IMG/VR virus record: IMGVR_UViG_3300002242_000758
Coordinates: 1 to 64,000 of that record
Reading direction: 5' to 3' (one strand)
Source: an uncultured virus (IMG/VR IMGVR_UViG_3300002242_000758)
Lineage: Duplodnaviria > Heunggongvirae > Uroviricota > Caudoviricetes
DNA: 64,000 bases
This document shows, in pieces, positions 9,031-19,023 of this stretch; the first letter of the stretch is position 1, and every line of letters begins with the position of its first letter. Made by a program: the position numbers and the translations under genes. Under the pieces are notes generated by a model. The model worked only from the letters and a program-made list of their open reading frames with translations. It had not been told where the DNA came from and did not search any database.

Positions 9031-11115
9031 CTAGTTAAGAGGATAAACTTTACTAATATAACCATATATACCTACCTCATCATTAATGGTATCATCTCTC
9101 CAAAGAATAGGCATGTTACCAGTAGGAAATGATTGCGTTATATTTTTATCTATATATGTTATCTCATTATCATTACGTTGGTATAGATTTGTTATAGGAT
9201 ATATTTGATCTCCTACTATATCTATAGTTGTAAACATTGCATCTTTTACTTCTAAGTATGATTTATAGCCTAAATTTATATTATTATGTCCAGAATTAGC
9301 AACATATGTTTTTGCATGATTTATGTCCATGAGTAATTGGACTGTATAAGAGGTATTTTTATCAAAAATATTAATAACTTTTTTATAGTTCTCTATTAGT
9401 TCTTTAAGACTGTTATATTCGATATCCACTATAGAGTATATTAAATTTTCAAAAATTATATCATGCGTTTTTTCATTAAGTAGGCTATCATACTCATAAC
9501 TTTTTAATTTACGCTCTAATGTATCTATATTATATTCCTCTATGTAAGGCGTGAATATGAAATCTGTTAGCGTCATAATGTCAGTCTTTGCAGTATTATC
9601 TACTACATTCGACATAAGAGTCCATATTTTTTTGTAAATTAAAATAACCGAATTTATATAGTCTGTTAAATCATCTTTATTGTATATATAATCAGGGCTA
9701 TCTTTATCCTTTAAAATATAATCAAGTATTTTACTATTCTTACTTTTGTACCATGTTGATGATATTGCAGTATCTTTATTTATTGTATAGTTCAATTTAC
9801 CCCCATATTTTATTTCGAATGTTTTTGTTGTTAAATTATTAAGTTTGTATAATAAATATACTAAAAGTATTTTAACCTGTTCTGGTGATAGCTTAAAAAT
9901 TTTACTATCGATAGGATCGTAGAAATCTACATAGTGTGTCATTTTGTTATCATTAATTAAACTTATTACATTTCCTATAATTATACTAAGAATAGATTCA
10001 TCTGTTAATCTAATTTTATTAGGTCTATCTATCAAGAATAATTTAGTAGCACTATTATAAATAAAATCAGTTTGTAGTATATTTTTATATTGTTCTGGAT
10101 CTAATATAGGATATTTTGGTATTTGTTTATTATCCTTAAAAAGTTTATTAACAGCTTCTAATGTATAGGTTTTATTTAGGATATTAAAAACTGAGTCATT
10201 AGCTTTAGCTACAGTTAAATTAACTCCAGTCTCTACAAATCCTTTAGTTATATCTTTATAATTATCTTCTATATATATTAATCTATTTTTCTTAAGTATA
10301 CCTTTACCTATACCTATATTGTTTTTATCAAAAAGGTCTATAAGAACATTTTCTAATATCTCATTTTGTCCTATATTATGCTTCATTCTGTTAAGATTAC
10401 CATAAAACCATACATTAGTACTAGTGTTAAGTATGTCTATATCATTAGCTAAATATTTATACGACATAAAATGTAAATTTCTATGGAAATCATCAGCTTT
10501 ATATGTTAGGACATGTTTTAATTTTATAGAAAGTATAAAATTAAATAGAAATGTATATAGGGTATTTAATAATGCTGGCAAATATAATTCATCAGTCATA
10601 TAGTATCTATTATTATAATTATGCATGAAATTATCTACAAACTGATTTAAACTAGATATAATATCTACTTCATTGTCTTCTATAAAAGAAACATCATATG
10701 CTAATATACTATAATTAGGGGCCTTTATACAATCATCTATATCTAAATTATATAATAACCCCTTTATGTAGTCACTCATTCCTGGATTCATTTTTAAAGT
10801 CTCTGTATAGTATGTATCAAACTTTAAAAGTTCTCTTTTAATATTTGGATTATGTATAAGTAAATCCGGAGTTAATTCTATTATATCGGGGCTATCTAGT
10901 CTTTTAATGACGACCTTTGGATCTATAAGATTTTTCATACCTGCAATGTTTTGATAATATTTACTGTCTTTTAGTTCGGGAGTCGGTCTACCATATTTCA
11001 CATAAAACTGATAATTCTGATGGACTCGTATCTCGTCTATTTTTATAACAAGACTTTTAATGAAATTAATAGTTCTTTTATAATATGTGGTTAAATCTAT
11101 CATAGTTAGCTCCAT
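9031..11115 (-). CDS. virion structural protein (phiKZ gp128-like, probable baseplate)
   Basis: 694 aa, divergent from the portal as in phiKZ; KYYQNIAG, WFYGNL..HNIGQ, TSYTVQ. Confidence 0.65.
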   Translation of the reverse strand: MELTMIDLTTYYKRTINFIKSLVIKIDEIRVHQNYQFYVKYGRPTPELKDSKYYQNIAGMKNLIDPKVVIKRLDSPDIIELTPDLLIHNPNIKRELLKFDTYYTETLKMNPGMSDYIKGLLYNLDIDDCIKAPNYSILAYDVSFIEDNEVDIISSLNQFVDNFMHNYNNRYYMTDELYLPALLNTLYTFLFNFILSIKLKHVLTYKADDFHRNLHFMSYKYLANDIDILNTSTNVWFYGNLNRMKHNIGQNEILENVLIDLFDKNNIGIGKGILKKNRLIYIEDNYKDITKGFVETGVNLTVAKANDSVFNILNKTYTLEAVNKLFKDNKQIPKYPILDPEQYKNILQTDFIYNSATKLFLIDRPNKIRLTDESILSIIIGNVISLINDNKMTHYVDFYDPIDSKIFKLSPEQVKILLVYLLYKLNNLTTKTFEIKYGGKLNYTINKDTAISSTWYKSKNSKILDYILKDKDSPDYIYNKDDLTDYINSVILIYKKIWTLMSNVVDNTAKTDIMTLTDFIFTPYIEEYNIDTLERKLKSYEYDSLLNEKTHDIIFENLIYSIVDIEYNSLKELIENYKKVINIFDKNTSYTVQLLMDINHAKTYVANSGHNNINLGYKSYLEVKDAMFTTIDIVGDQIYPITNLYQRNDNEITYIDKNITQSFPTGNMPILWRDDTINDEVGIYGYISKVYPLN

Positions 11116-11148
11116 TTTAGTTTGAAATTTTCAAAAAAAAGGATGTAT

Positions 11149-13524
11149 ATGCAGAAGAAAATATATGAGCCTACAATGTTTAAGGGTTCTAAGGAAAAAA
11201 TAATAAAGAAAACAATAAAGACTATCGATGGTGAAAAAGTTGAAATAGATGGTAATGGGATTAATAGTTTTGTAAAACATGGTAGAAGTGTCGAATCAGT
11301 TATACAAGATATTCTAACCTTATTTCCAGATATCAACCTCTCTATAGAGACTATGGTATCTTTAATTTTATCCCCTAATGATATGGGTGATCCTAAACTA
11401 ACATTTAAGTTAGAAAATGCATACTTACCTAGTGATGTTAAGAATGCTATTATAGGAACGTTAACTACATATGTAAATAGTGAATATAAGTTAGTATCAA
11501 AACTAGATGAGATTGTAACAGAATCCCTCTATACAAAAGGAGCGTATATCGAACTCAATATCCCTCCTAAGAATATATTAGATTTATTAAATATGGTAAG
11601 TAGAAAACCAAAAGTTGGGATAGAATCTGCTTTAAATAAAATATCATTTTTAAAGTTAGGAATAGGAGAAGAGGTAGTTGATAAAGAATACAATGTTGAA
11701 GTAACTGACAATCAAAGTTATCTTTTTATAGATTTAATAAATGAAGTTAAAATAAACTCTATAATAAATCATAGTATTTTAAATAGAAATAATACAATAA
11801 CTACTGGTTTAGAATCCCTAGTAAAATTAAATAATGATACTGCTGTAATTTCAGTAGATAAGGTAGGTTCTGGTAAACCTATCATCAAAAAATTGTCTGC
11901 TAGTTCAGTAATGCCAGTATCCAGTAAAGACGACCCATCTATCCATTATGGATATTTTATTGTACTTGATGAAAATGGTAGACAGGTAGTTAATGCAGCT
12001 CCTACTTTAGATTATAAATCAGAAAAATATATCAAAGGCGTAAAAGACAATTTTAAAGGGGCCCCTACTGCACCTTCTACTAATATTAAAAAATTAGATA
12101 AATTTAGAGAGGTGCTTTTAAAGCAAATACTTAGTAAATATTTAGATAAATCTATTTATAAAGATTTAGTATCATTGGATATAGATATAGATAATTCACT
12201 TATGGAATCTATAGCTGACTATATGTTAAAAAAATCCAAATTAAAGATAGTTTTTGTACCTCAGGAATTAGTTAGTTATTATGCAGTTAACTATAGGCCT
12301 AATGGTACTGGCGAGCCATTATTAGAAAGAATTATAACACTAGCTTCTATAAGAGGTATTATTCTATATACAAACTTATTATCATTTGTTAAGAGTTCTC
12401 TTACTACAACTAATGTTAATGTAAATTTAGATCCAGATGATCCTAATTATAGGAAAACAGCAGAGCAGATTATGGCGTGGGTTCTTAAGAATAGGCAGAT
12501 AGAACTACCTATAGGTCTATTAAAAGCTGAAGATTTCGTAGATTGGGCTAAAAAATTAGGTATATCATTTAACTTTAAGCATCCAGGGCTGCCTGATGTG
12601 GATATAGAAGTAGAAGAAAAAAATACTGAAATAAAACCTATAGATACTGATTTAAAAGAGACAGTAGATAAACATATAATAACAGCATTATTGTTAACCC
12701 CAGAAATGTTGGATAATGATTTTAATCCAGAGTTCGCTACTAGTATTATAGCTAAAAATAAATTGTTAGCTAAACGCGTCAAAAAGATTCAAAGAAAGTA
12801 TGATGAACTTATGACTAAAGATATTGTTAAAAAATTAACATTAGATAGTAAAATAAAAGAAACTTTAAAAGACATTATAATAAATAACGATAAGAAGATT
12901 AGATCTCTTTTAAAAGACAAAGATCCTAATATTGATGTTAAAGTTATTAAAAAGATAGATAAAGATGTATTGGCAGAATATGTTATAAGTAGTATATATA
13001 AGAATTTAACAGTTACACTACCAGCTCCAGAAGTGACAGAAGACAGAAACTCTAAAGATCGATTAGACAACTTTTTAGATATGCTAGATACTATCTTAGA
13101 TAAAATTCTAAGTACTGATCTTATTCCAGACGATCTTTTAGGTGATCTCGGTGATAAAGTAGATAATGTTAAAGATGCTATAAAAGTTATACTTATAAAA
13201 AGATTTGTGGATGAAAATAATATATTACCAGAAGTTACTAATATGTTTCTTCTAAACGAGGATGGTGAGCCTAATGATAATATAATGGAAGATTTTAAAT
13301 CTCATATAGACGCTATTTCTAAAATAATTATACCGTTTATTAAAGATAATACTAAATTTAAAAATAAGGTAGATGACAAATTAGACAAAATAGAAAATGA
13401 AGATGAAGGTGGAGATGAAAATAATGAAACTGATTCTGGAGAAAACAATACTGGAGAAACTAACGCAGAGGGAGAGGGCAATAACACTTTAGAAGAGCCT
13501 AATGAAAATAGTGAAGAAATATGA
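11149..13524 (+). CDS. portal protein (phiKZ gp129-like)
   Basis: Start moved to ATG 11149 (AAAGGA RBS); LFPDI..VSLILSPND, HYGYFIVLDENG, FVPQELVSYYA, LDPDDP, EFATSI; GxE cleavage-like sites; acidic tail. Confidence 0.8.
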   Translation: MQKKIYEPTMFKGSKEKIIKKTIKTIDGEKVEIDGNGINSFVKHGRSVESVIQDILTLFPDINLSIETMVSLILSPNDMGDPKLTFKLENAYLPSDVKNAIIGTLTTYVNSEYKLVSKLDEIVTESLYTKGAYIELNIPPKNILDLLNMVSRKPKVGIESALNKISFLKLGIGEEVVDKEYNVEVTDNQSYLFIDLINEVKINSIINHSILNRNNTITTGLESLVKLNNDTAVISVDKVGSGKPIIKKLSASSVMPVSSKDDPSIHYGYFIVLDENGRQVVNAAPTLDYKSEKYIKGVKDNFKGAPTAPSTNIKKLDKFREVLLKQILSKYLDKSIYKDLVSLDIDIDNSLMESIADYMLKKSKLKIVFVPQELVSYYAVNYRPNGTGEPLLERIITLASIRGIILYTNLLSFVKSSLTTTNVNVNLDPDDPNYRKTAEQIMAWVLKNRQIELPIGLLKAEDFVDWAKKLGISFNFKHPGLPDVDIEVEEKNTEIKPIDTDLKETVDKHIITALLLTPEMLDNDFNPEFATSIIAKNKLLAKRVKKIQRKYDELMTKDIVKKLTLDSKIKETLKDIIINNDKKIRSLLKDKDPNIDVKVIKKIDKDVLAEYVISSIYKNLTVTLPAPEVTEDRNSKDRLDNFLDMLDTILDKILSTDLIPDDLLGDLGDKVDNVKDAIKVILIKRFVDENNILPEVTNMFLLNEDGEPNDNIMEDFKSHIDAISKIIIPFIKDNTKFKNKVDDKLDKIENEDEGGDENNETDSGENNTGETNAEGEGNNTLEEPNENSEEI

Positions 13525-13546
13525 TGATCATAATTAAAAAAATGTG

Positions 13547-13573
13547 ATAGAGTAGGATTTTTTCCTACTCTAT
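13547..13573 (+). terminator. terminator hairpin after the portal gene
   Basis: ATAGAGTAGGA..TCCTACTCTAT perfect stem. Confidence 0.7.
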
Positions 13574-13598
13574 TGTTAATTCTATATTTTTTTATACT

Positions 13599-13625
13599 TA
13601 TATTACTAATATGAGCCTAGAGCTT
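13599..13625 (+). promoter_or_regulatory. phage early-type promoter
   Basis: T tract + TATATTAC-TA-ATATGAGC-CTAGA-GCTT; TATATTAC is the phiKZ early promoter core. Confidence 0.8.
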
Positions 13626-13648
13626 AAAAATTATTAAAAGGAGAAAAT

Positions 13649-14230
13649 ATGGCACTTATTCCAGTTAAAAAGGACCCTCGTACTGGGGCAGATATTATGT
13701 GGCAAGATAACGCTACAGGTAGGTATTATACGGTTAACCAGTATGGACAGACTGTGGAGGTAGACCAATATGGCAGGCCTATACAACAGACACAGCCATA
13801 TCAACAACCTATGCAGCAATATAATAATTATGGCGGCAACACTTATGGCAACCCATACTATAATCAACAAGCTATGAGACAACAACCCCAACAGCCTATA
13901 ACTAGTATAAGTGGTGGCTATAATCCACCTCCAACTTATGGTACTGTAAATGCAAGCGCGCCAACGCCATCCAGCTATAGAGGTAAAACAACCGCCCCTC
14001 AATATCAGCAATCACAACAGGCGTGTAACCCAACCCCAACTACACCTAAGCCAGAGCCTGTTGAAGTTTCAAAACCACAAGAAGTTATTAGTTTGGTAGA
14101 TTATGAGCCAGAGCCTGGTTCTGAATTAGAACCACTTATAGATACTGATAAAAATAGCGTGGATATATCTATTAAAAGTACTACTAGAGAATATAAATTT
14201 GTAGTAGCTAAGAAAGGAGAAGAACAATGA
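13649..14230 (+). CDS. Q/Y/P/N-rich low-complexity early protein
   Basis: 193 aa, AAGGAG RBS, behind an early promoter. Confidence 0.8.
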   Translation: MALIPVKKDPRTGADIMWQDNATGRYYTVNQYGQTVEVDQYGRPIQQTQPYQQPMQQYNNYGGNTYGNPYYNQQAMRQQPQQPITSISGGYNPPPTYGTVNASAPTPSSYRGKTTAPQYQQSQQACNPTPTTPKPEPVEVSKPQEVISLVDYEPEPGSELEPLIDTDKNSVDISIKSTTREYKFVVAKKGEEQ

Positions 14231-14982
14231 ATGATATAAAACAATTTACTAATATGGTAGATATGAAATTATGGCTAAAAGGAGAGTTTATAAAGGAAGG
14301 CAAGCATAGTATTAAAAATGTTTGCCTTTGCAATAATGACGTTGCAGAAAGAGGGGAGCATGACAAAAGTATAATTACTTTTAAGGATGTCATTAATGAT
14401 AAAACTAATTTTCCTAAAATTAAAGAAAATATCCGTATGGATATTTATAAATTTTTTAATAGGAAAATGACTGAATATGCAAATAGGAGGCTTAGAAATC
14501 TAACTTCTGATTTTGCTATTAAGAATGGTGAAATTATAGGAGCTCCTCCTATTATAAAAGACTATACAAAAGAGAGAGATGAACTAATACGTATGTCTAA
14601 AACTAAGGCTAGCTATTTAGAGAAAACTCTAGCTTCTATAAATATGAAGAACATACTAGTTGAATACAAGATGAAATCCGAAATCAGCGAAAAATTATTA
14701 TTGTTAAGTTTTGGTTTAACTTTTGATACTTTATATCTGGAGGCGCTGCCTCTACCAAAAAATAATAATATAAAGTATAAAAGGGCTGTCTTACTAGGAA
14801 GTCATTTTAGCCCATGTGACGAAGTAATGCTGGTTGGAAACGCACAGATAAGTGCACCTAACGCGCATCTAGTAGACAAAGAGACACTGATTATAACCGA
14901 ATCTGATATATATATTATAGATAGAACTATATATCAGAATTTAAGTATTAGAAAGTTATATGAAAATGAGTTAAACAGATAG
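14227..14982 (+). CDS. hypothetical protein
   Basis: 251 aa, AAGGAG RBS, ATGA overlap. Confidence 0.75.
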   Translation: MNDIKQFTNMVDMKLWLKGEFIKEGKHSIKNVCLCNNDVAERGEHDKSIITFKDVINDKTNFPKIKENIRMDIYKFFNRKMTEYANRRLRNLTSDFAIKNGEIIGAPPIIKDYTKERDELIRMSKTKASYLEKTLASINMKNILVEYKMKSEISEKLLLLSFGLTFDTLYLEALPLPKNNNIKYKRAVLLGSHFSPCDEVMLVGNAQISAPNAHLVDKETLIITESDIYIIDRTIYQNLSIRKLYENELNR

Positions 14983-15016
14983 ACTATGGGACTTTTTAGT
15001 CCCATAGTTATTTTTT
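14983..15016. terminator. terminator between convergent genes
   Basis: ACTATGGGACT..AGTCCCATAGT followed by a T run. Confidence 0.75.
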
Positions 15017-15817
15017 TTATATGTTTGGATTAACTAAAGCTTTAAGGAATCGACTATGACTCACATTGTCGTTCATAAAACTAAGTTTCATCCATTTTTC
15101 TTTTATGTATGTTTTATAGTCTTCTAAAGCACTAGCGTAATCATTAACTATATCACCAACTTTATTTATTTCATGCCCATAATATATAGCTCCCTTATCC
15201 AATTCTATAACCAATTTGTTATAAATATATACTTTTGTAGCAAGAACAACTAATTCTGCAAAATAAGGATAGAATGCTGGTTGTATATTATTAAGATTTT
15301 TATTATTCTCTACAAGAACATTAAGAAAGCAATTAGCTAAACTTGTAACATTATCATGGAGTAAAATAGTGTTAGGTCCTATTAATTCTAAATTAGTAAA
15401 TACGACACCATTATCTACTTTAGAATCAAACTGAAATTTATTATTTAGTAAATTAAATAGTTGATTATTTGTTGTGTTATACATAGAGCCTTGTGAGTAT
15501 CTACATACAACACTAAGTGCATTCATTATTTTTTTATTTCCAGTAACACTATAAGGCACACTAATAATACTATTATAATTAGTATAGTTTAATTCATAGT
15601 AGTTAATACTACACTTATCAATGGGTATGCTTAGAGACATACCTCCAGTTATGTTTATATCTTGTAGAACGATAGGTGCTATAATCAAATCTTCTATTTG
15701 TTGGCTTATGGTTGTATTAACGTTATAGACATCGGCTTTTTTTAACAATGCTAATTGTAAGATCTCTATAGGGATCTCTAAAAATACTCTATTTATAGCA
15801 TATTTTATAGCAGACAT
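15017..15817 (-). CDS. virion structural protein (phiKZ gp139-like, possible neck/adaptor)
   Basis: 266 aa; AIKYAINRV..EIP.EIL, LELIGPNTILL, LATKVYIYNKL, Y..A.E.Y...W. Confidence 0.65.
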   Translation of the reverse strand: MSAIKYAINRVFLEIPIEILQLALLKKADVYNVNTTISQQIEDLIIAPIVLQDINITGGMSLSIPIDKCSINYYELNYTNYNSIISVPYSVTGNKKIMNALSVVCRYSQGSMYNTTNNQLFNLLNNKFQFDSKVDNGVVFTNLELIGPNTILLHDNVTSLANCFLNVLVENNKNLNNIQPAFYPYFAELVVLATKVYIYNKLVIELDKGAIYYGHEINKVGDIVNDYASALEDYKTYIKEKWMKLSFMNDNVSHSRFLKALVNPNI

Positions 15818-15828
15818 TTTATATCCTT

Positions 15829-16881
15829 TTATTTATTTTTTAATAGCTCATGTAGTTGTTTTATTTTTTCACTAATTATAAAGTTAACCGTATTATTAGG
15901 AACATTAAGAAAATTTTGTCTTTCTGCTAATTTTAACCATAGCTTAAGATCGTTTATTTCATCTTTATTTCTTCTTCTATCTACTATCTTTAATAAAAAT
16001 TTAAAATATTCTACTCTAGCTAAAAACATTACCCAATAGCTTTTTCTATTAAAATAAACATTGGATATTTTAAAGCTATTTATTAGTTTGTTACCTGTAA
16101 AATCTGGTAGGATCGATAATAGTTCTTGGTATGTTATATTACTATTTTTCTTAATTTCATCTATGTACCAGTTCTGTATACTAGTTATAAGTGGGTCTAT
16201 ATTTTTTATATAGAAAGGATTAAAATTATTGAATTCATCCACTTCTGTCTTATTGTATAACGCTATATACCTGTTAAATATACTATGTTTAAAAATATCT
16301 TTTATTGTATTTGTAATGATTCTAGTATATACAAATTTAGCAGGATCTATGCTATAGTTTTCCGGTTTAGTGATCATTTCATTTCTAGCCCATTTATAAT
16401 AGTCCATACCTAATTTAATAGGGTCCACTATGTACACATTATATTCATCACCATCATATTCTTTTTCGTAACGCTTTGGGTGTGTTAGGAATAATGATGT
16501 TATATTAGTATATATACATGTTAGACTTTTTTTCATATTGTCACCAACAATAAAAAATTCATTAACATCGTCAAATACAGTGTTTAAAAAAGGATCACTA
16601 TTAAGATTAATGTTATCTATGAAACCTAGTTCATTAGCTAGATATTTAGTTTTATCTCTTAAAGAATCTAATACACTTAGTTCGTCATTATGTATATTTA
16701 TTTCGGAAGCTTCTATTAACGTAACTAACTTATTAGGTCTTTTAACATAGAATCCAGATTGTTTATAATATTTTTTAACAATATTTAAATATTCATTTAC
16801 TAATTTAGTGGCATAGTTAAGTTTATAATGGATTATCTCTTTTGGCCTTATGTCTACTGGCCTTGTTAGTAAGCTTATCAT
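15829..16881 (-). CDS. conserved phiKZ-like protein divergent from chimallin (gp52-like)
   Basis: 350 aa; position and orientation head-to-head with chmA as in phiKZ; AAGGAG RBS. Confidence 0.55.
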   Translation of the reverse strand: MISLLTRPVDIRPKEIIHYKLNYATKLVNEYLNIVKKYYKQSGFYVKRPNKLVTLIEASEINIHNDELSVLDSLRDKTKYLANELGFIDNINLNSDPFLNTVFDDVNEFFIVGDNMKKSLTCIYTNITSLFLTHPKRYEKEYDGDEYNVYIVDPIKLGMDYYKWARNEMITKPENYSIDPAKFVYTRIITNTIKDIFKHSIFNRYIALYNKTEVDEFNNFNPFYIKNIDPLITSIQNWYIDEIKKNSNITYQELLSILPDFTGNKLINSFKISNVYFNRKSYWVMFLARVEYFKFLLKIVDRRRNKDEINDLKLWLKLAERQNFLNVPNNTVNFIISEKIKQLHELLKNK

Positions 16882-16952
16882 AAAGCTACTCCTTATAAGT
16901 TATTTCAAAATAACAAGCAGTGTTAGATATAATAAAAATATTTTTTTTATTA

Positions 16953-16972
16953 TATATTATTTATAATGAAGC
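16953..16972 (+). promoter_or_regulatory. distal early-type promoter of chimallin
   Basis: T tract + TATATTAT-TT-ATAATGAAGC (variant). Confidence 0.55.
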
Positions 16973-17070
16973 AAATATAAAATCTTACTCTCTTATGGGT
17001 AAGGTTTTAGGGACAGGGTATAGACGATCTAAGTTTTAGCTAAAAAATGAATCGAATATTTTTTTAGCTA

Positions 17071-17097
17071 TATATTATTTATGTGAGCATAGGGCTC
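17071..17097 (+). promoter_or_regulatory. proximal early-type promoter of chimallin
   Basis: T tract + TATATTAT-TT-ATGTGAGC-ATAGG-GCTC. Confidence 0.75.
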
Positions 17098-17131
17098 GGA
17101 TATATATAAATAACTAAATAGGAGGAATGTT

Positions 17132-18931
17132 ATGGAAAGAGGCATCAAACTTGATGACAACTTAAATCAAACAGGAATGGATGAGTTGTTAGGTGGCGGT
17201 AAGTCTGAAAATGAAACTAATGCTAAGAAAAGTTTGAATATTGTTGGCCTTAGCGGTCTAGACACAATGCTGTTGGAAGACGGAAGTCAAGAAGCCCTAC
17301 AAAAATTCAGTTCTAAAGTAGCTGAAGTTTTGACTGAAGGAGCTATTAAGACTAAAGTCTTTAAAGTGGATAAGGAAAGACTTGGTCTAGGCTATAGCTT
17401 CGTTATAATAGCTACCCAAGCTTCTAATGGTAAAGTGTACTATTTTAGTGCATTGTTGGAAGTTACTGGCAGACAGCCATTAACTGTTAAGCAAATTATA
17501 GACGAGCTTACAGTTAAGAATAGTACTGCTATTTTAGTAACTAGCGATGCATTTGATGGTACATTTTATAATGTCGCTGAAGAGCTCTTAAGAAGATCTT
17601 TCGAAAAGGTCACAGGTCTTAAGAGCTTGGATGGAGTAGTGGTGCCTTATAAGAGTGATTTAGTAACTACGGCTGAAGTAGTTGCTAGATATGCTCACAA
17701 TAGGCTTTTAGTAGTATCTAAAATGGATACTAAAGAACTTAGCGACCTATCTTTTAGAGCTTTAAGGGATTTGGAAAGAAATTCCAGTGTTAACCTAGAT
17801 ATTAAGTTTAACACTGGGCTCACTCTAAATCCCGTTGGTAGGGTTGTTAGGAGTGACTTCAATGTAGAGTCTAGCATTGTGTCTAATGTCAATGTTAGAT
17901 CTCTACATGAAATAGGTGGTAGAAAAAGATTAGCAATGGCGTCTGGATATTTAGAATATTTCGTTTCAGAAATGAAAAATGAATATACCGGCCAAACTAC
18001 AAATATAGCGACTCCAATGATAATCTTAAGCGAATTCGTTAGCAGAGCGAATACATTAAATTATGTGTTAACATCAATAATTAACGCAACTGCATTCACT
18101 AACCGCTCAACTCTTGGAGCACTTATTATTGAAAAAGATGCCGGCCCATTAAACGTTCTTTTCAATTATGGTGGTGAGCCAGGCAAATTTGGGGAAAAGT
18201 TGAGTTTTAAAGATCCAAAGGCTAAAAGAGAATTAATAAATGATATAATTAACAAGCATATAGTCAGCACGCCTATTTTTGCGGTAGAGGTAGAAATATA
18301 TGGTGCTAACTATAGTCATATGTCTCCATTTGCCGCATTGGCTAATAGTGAAAGTTTAGTGCCTGCTACAAAGGATATTATAGATGGAGCGTCCCTGCTA
18401 GTAGGCGCGCCTATTGAATCTAAGAATGTTTTGGCTGAACAGCCAGCTATACTTCCAATGGGAGAGTATATAGATGCTAATGGGGATACAAGGGATCTTA
18501 GAGAGATAGACCTAGCTTTCATTTGCAAACATAGTAATGATATTAAGCTTATATATGAATGGATATATTCAACTGCTACACCACCAGCATGTATAGAGGC
18601 AACTGGAAAAGATCCTTATACGTTACGATTAGAAATATATAATAAACTTGCCAATATGCTTGGCATAACTCCAGTAATTACTGGTAAAGTTGCTAGAATA
18701 CCGCTTAATGGTGCATTTGTGGACGAAATAACCAGAAAGGCAATGGCAGCTAGATATTATCCAGTGCCAGTTAATTCTGATATTGGATATAATGAAATCA
18801 ATAATCTTCAAGCATTATCTGGTATCTATGCGAACGCAACTATGGGGGCAACTGGACTTGGCATGCCTACATTCGGCAATAGCTTCAATAGCCCTATCCC
18901 AGGGGTTAATGTTAGCTATTATAGAAGATAA
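17132..18931 (+). CDS. chmA: chimallin-like phage nuclear shell protein (phiKZ gp54 / 201phi2-1 gp105 family)
   Basis: 599 aa; ILPMGEYIDANGDTRDLREIDL resembles the recalled ChmA G.Y.D..G..RD.R.ID motif; also PVGRVVRSDF and ITGKVARI; extended aromatic/Gly C-terminal tail; tandem early promoters, AGGAGG RBS, own terminator. Confidence 0.82.
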   Translation: MERGIKLDDNLNQTGMDELLGGGKSENETNAKKSLNIVGLSGLDTMLLEDGSQEALQKFSSKVAEVLTEGAIKTKVFKVDKERLGLGYSFVIIATQASNGKVYYFSALLEVTGRQPLTVKQIIDELTVKNSTAILVTSDAFDGTFYNVAEELLRRSFEKVTGLKSLDGVVVPYKSDLVTTAEVVARYAHNRLLVVSKMDTKELSDLSFRALRDLERNSSVNLDIKFNTGLTLNPVGRVVRSDFNVESSIVSNVNVRSLHEIGGRKRLAMASGYLEYFVSEMKNEYTGQTTNIATPMIILSEFVSRANTLNYVLTSIINATAFTNRSTLGALIIEKDAGPLNVLFNYGGEPGKFGEKLSFKDPKAKRELINDIINKHIVSTPIFAVEVEIYGANYSHMSPFAALANSESLVPATKDIIDGASLLVGAPIESKNVLAEQPAILPMGEYIDANGDTRDLREIDLAFICKHSNDIKLIYEWIYSTATPPACIEATGKDPYTLRLEIYNKLANMLGITPVITGKVARIPLNGAFVDEITRKAMAARYYPVPVNSDIGYNEINNLQALSGIYANATMGATGLGMPTFGNSFNSPIPGVNVSYYRR

Positions 18932-18965
18932 AAGTAAGAGGCATCGGCCTCTTACTTATTTTTTT
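18932..18965 (+). terminator. terminator of chmA
   Basis: AAGTAAGAGGC-ATCG-GCCTCTTACTT followed by a T run. Confidence 0.85.
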
Positions 18966-19023
18966 ATTTTTTTAATAAACTAAAAAGATGTTTTGAAAAA
19001 ATAGTTTAAAAAAAGGATGTTGA

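Noticed and set aside
17132..18931. Major capsid protein as an alternative call
   Set aside because: Early promoters, gene context and the RDLREID-type motif fit chimallin better; phiKZ-like capsid proteins are larger and late-expressed.
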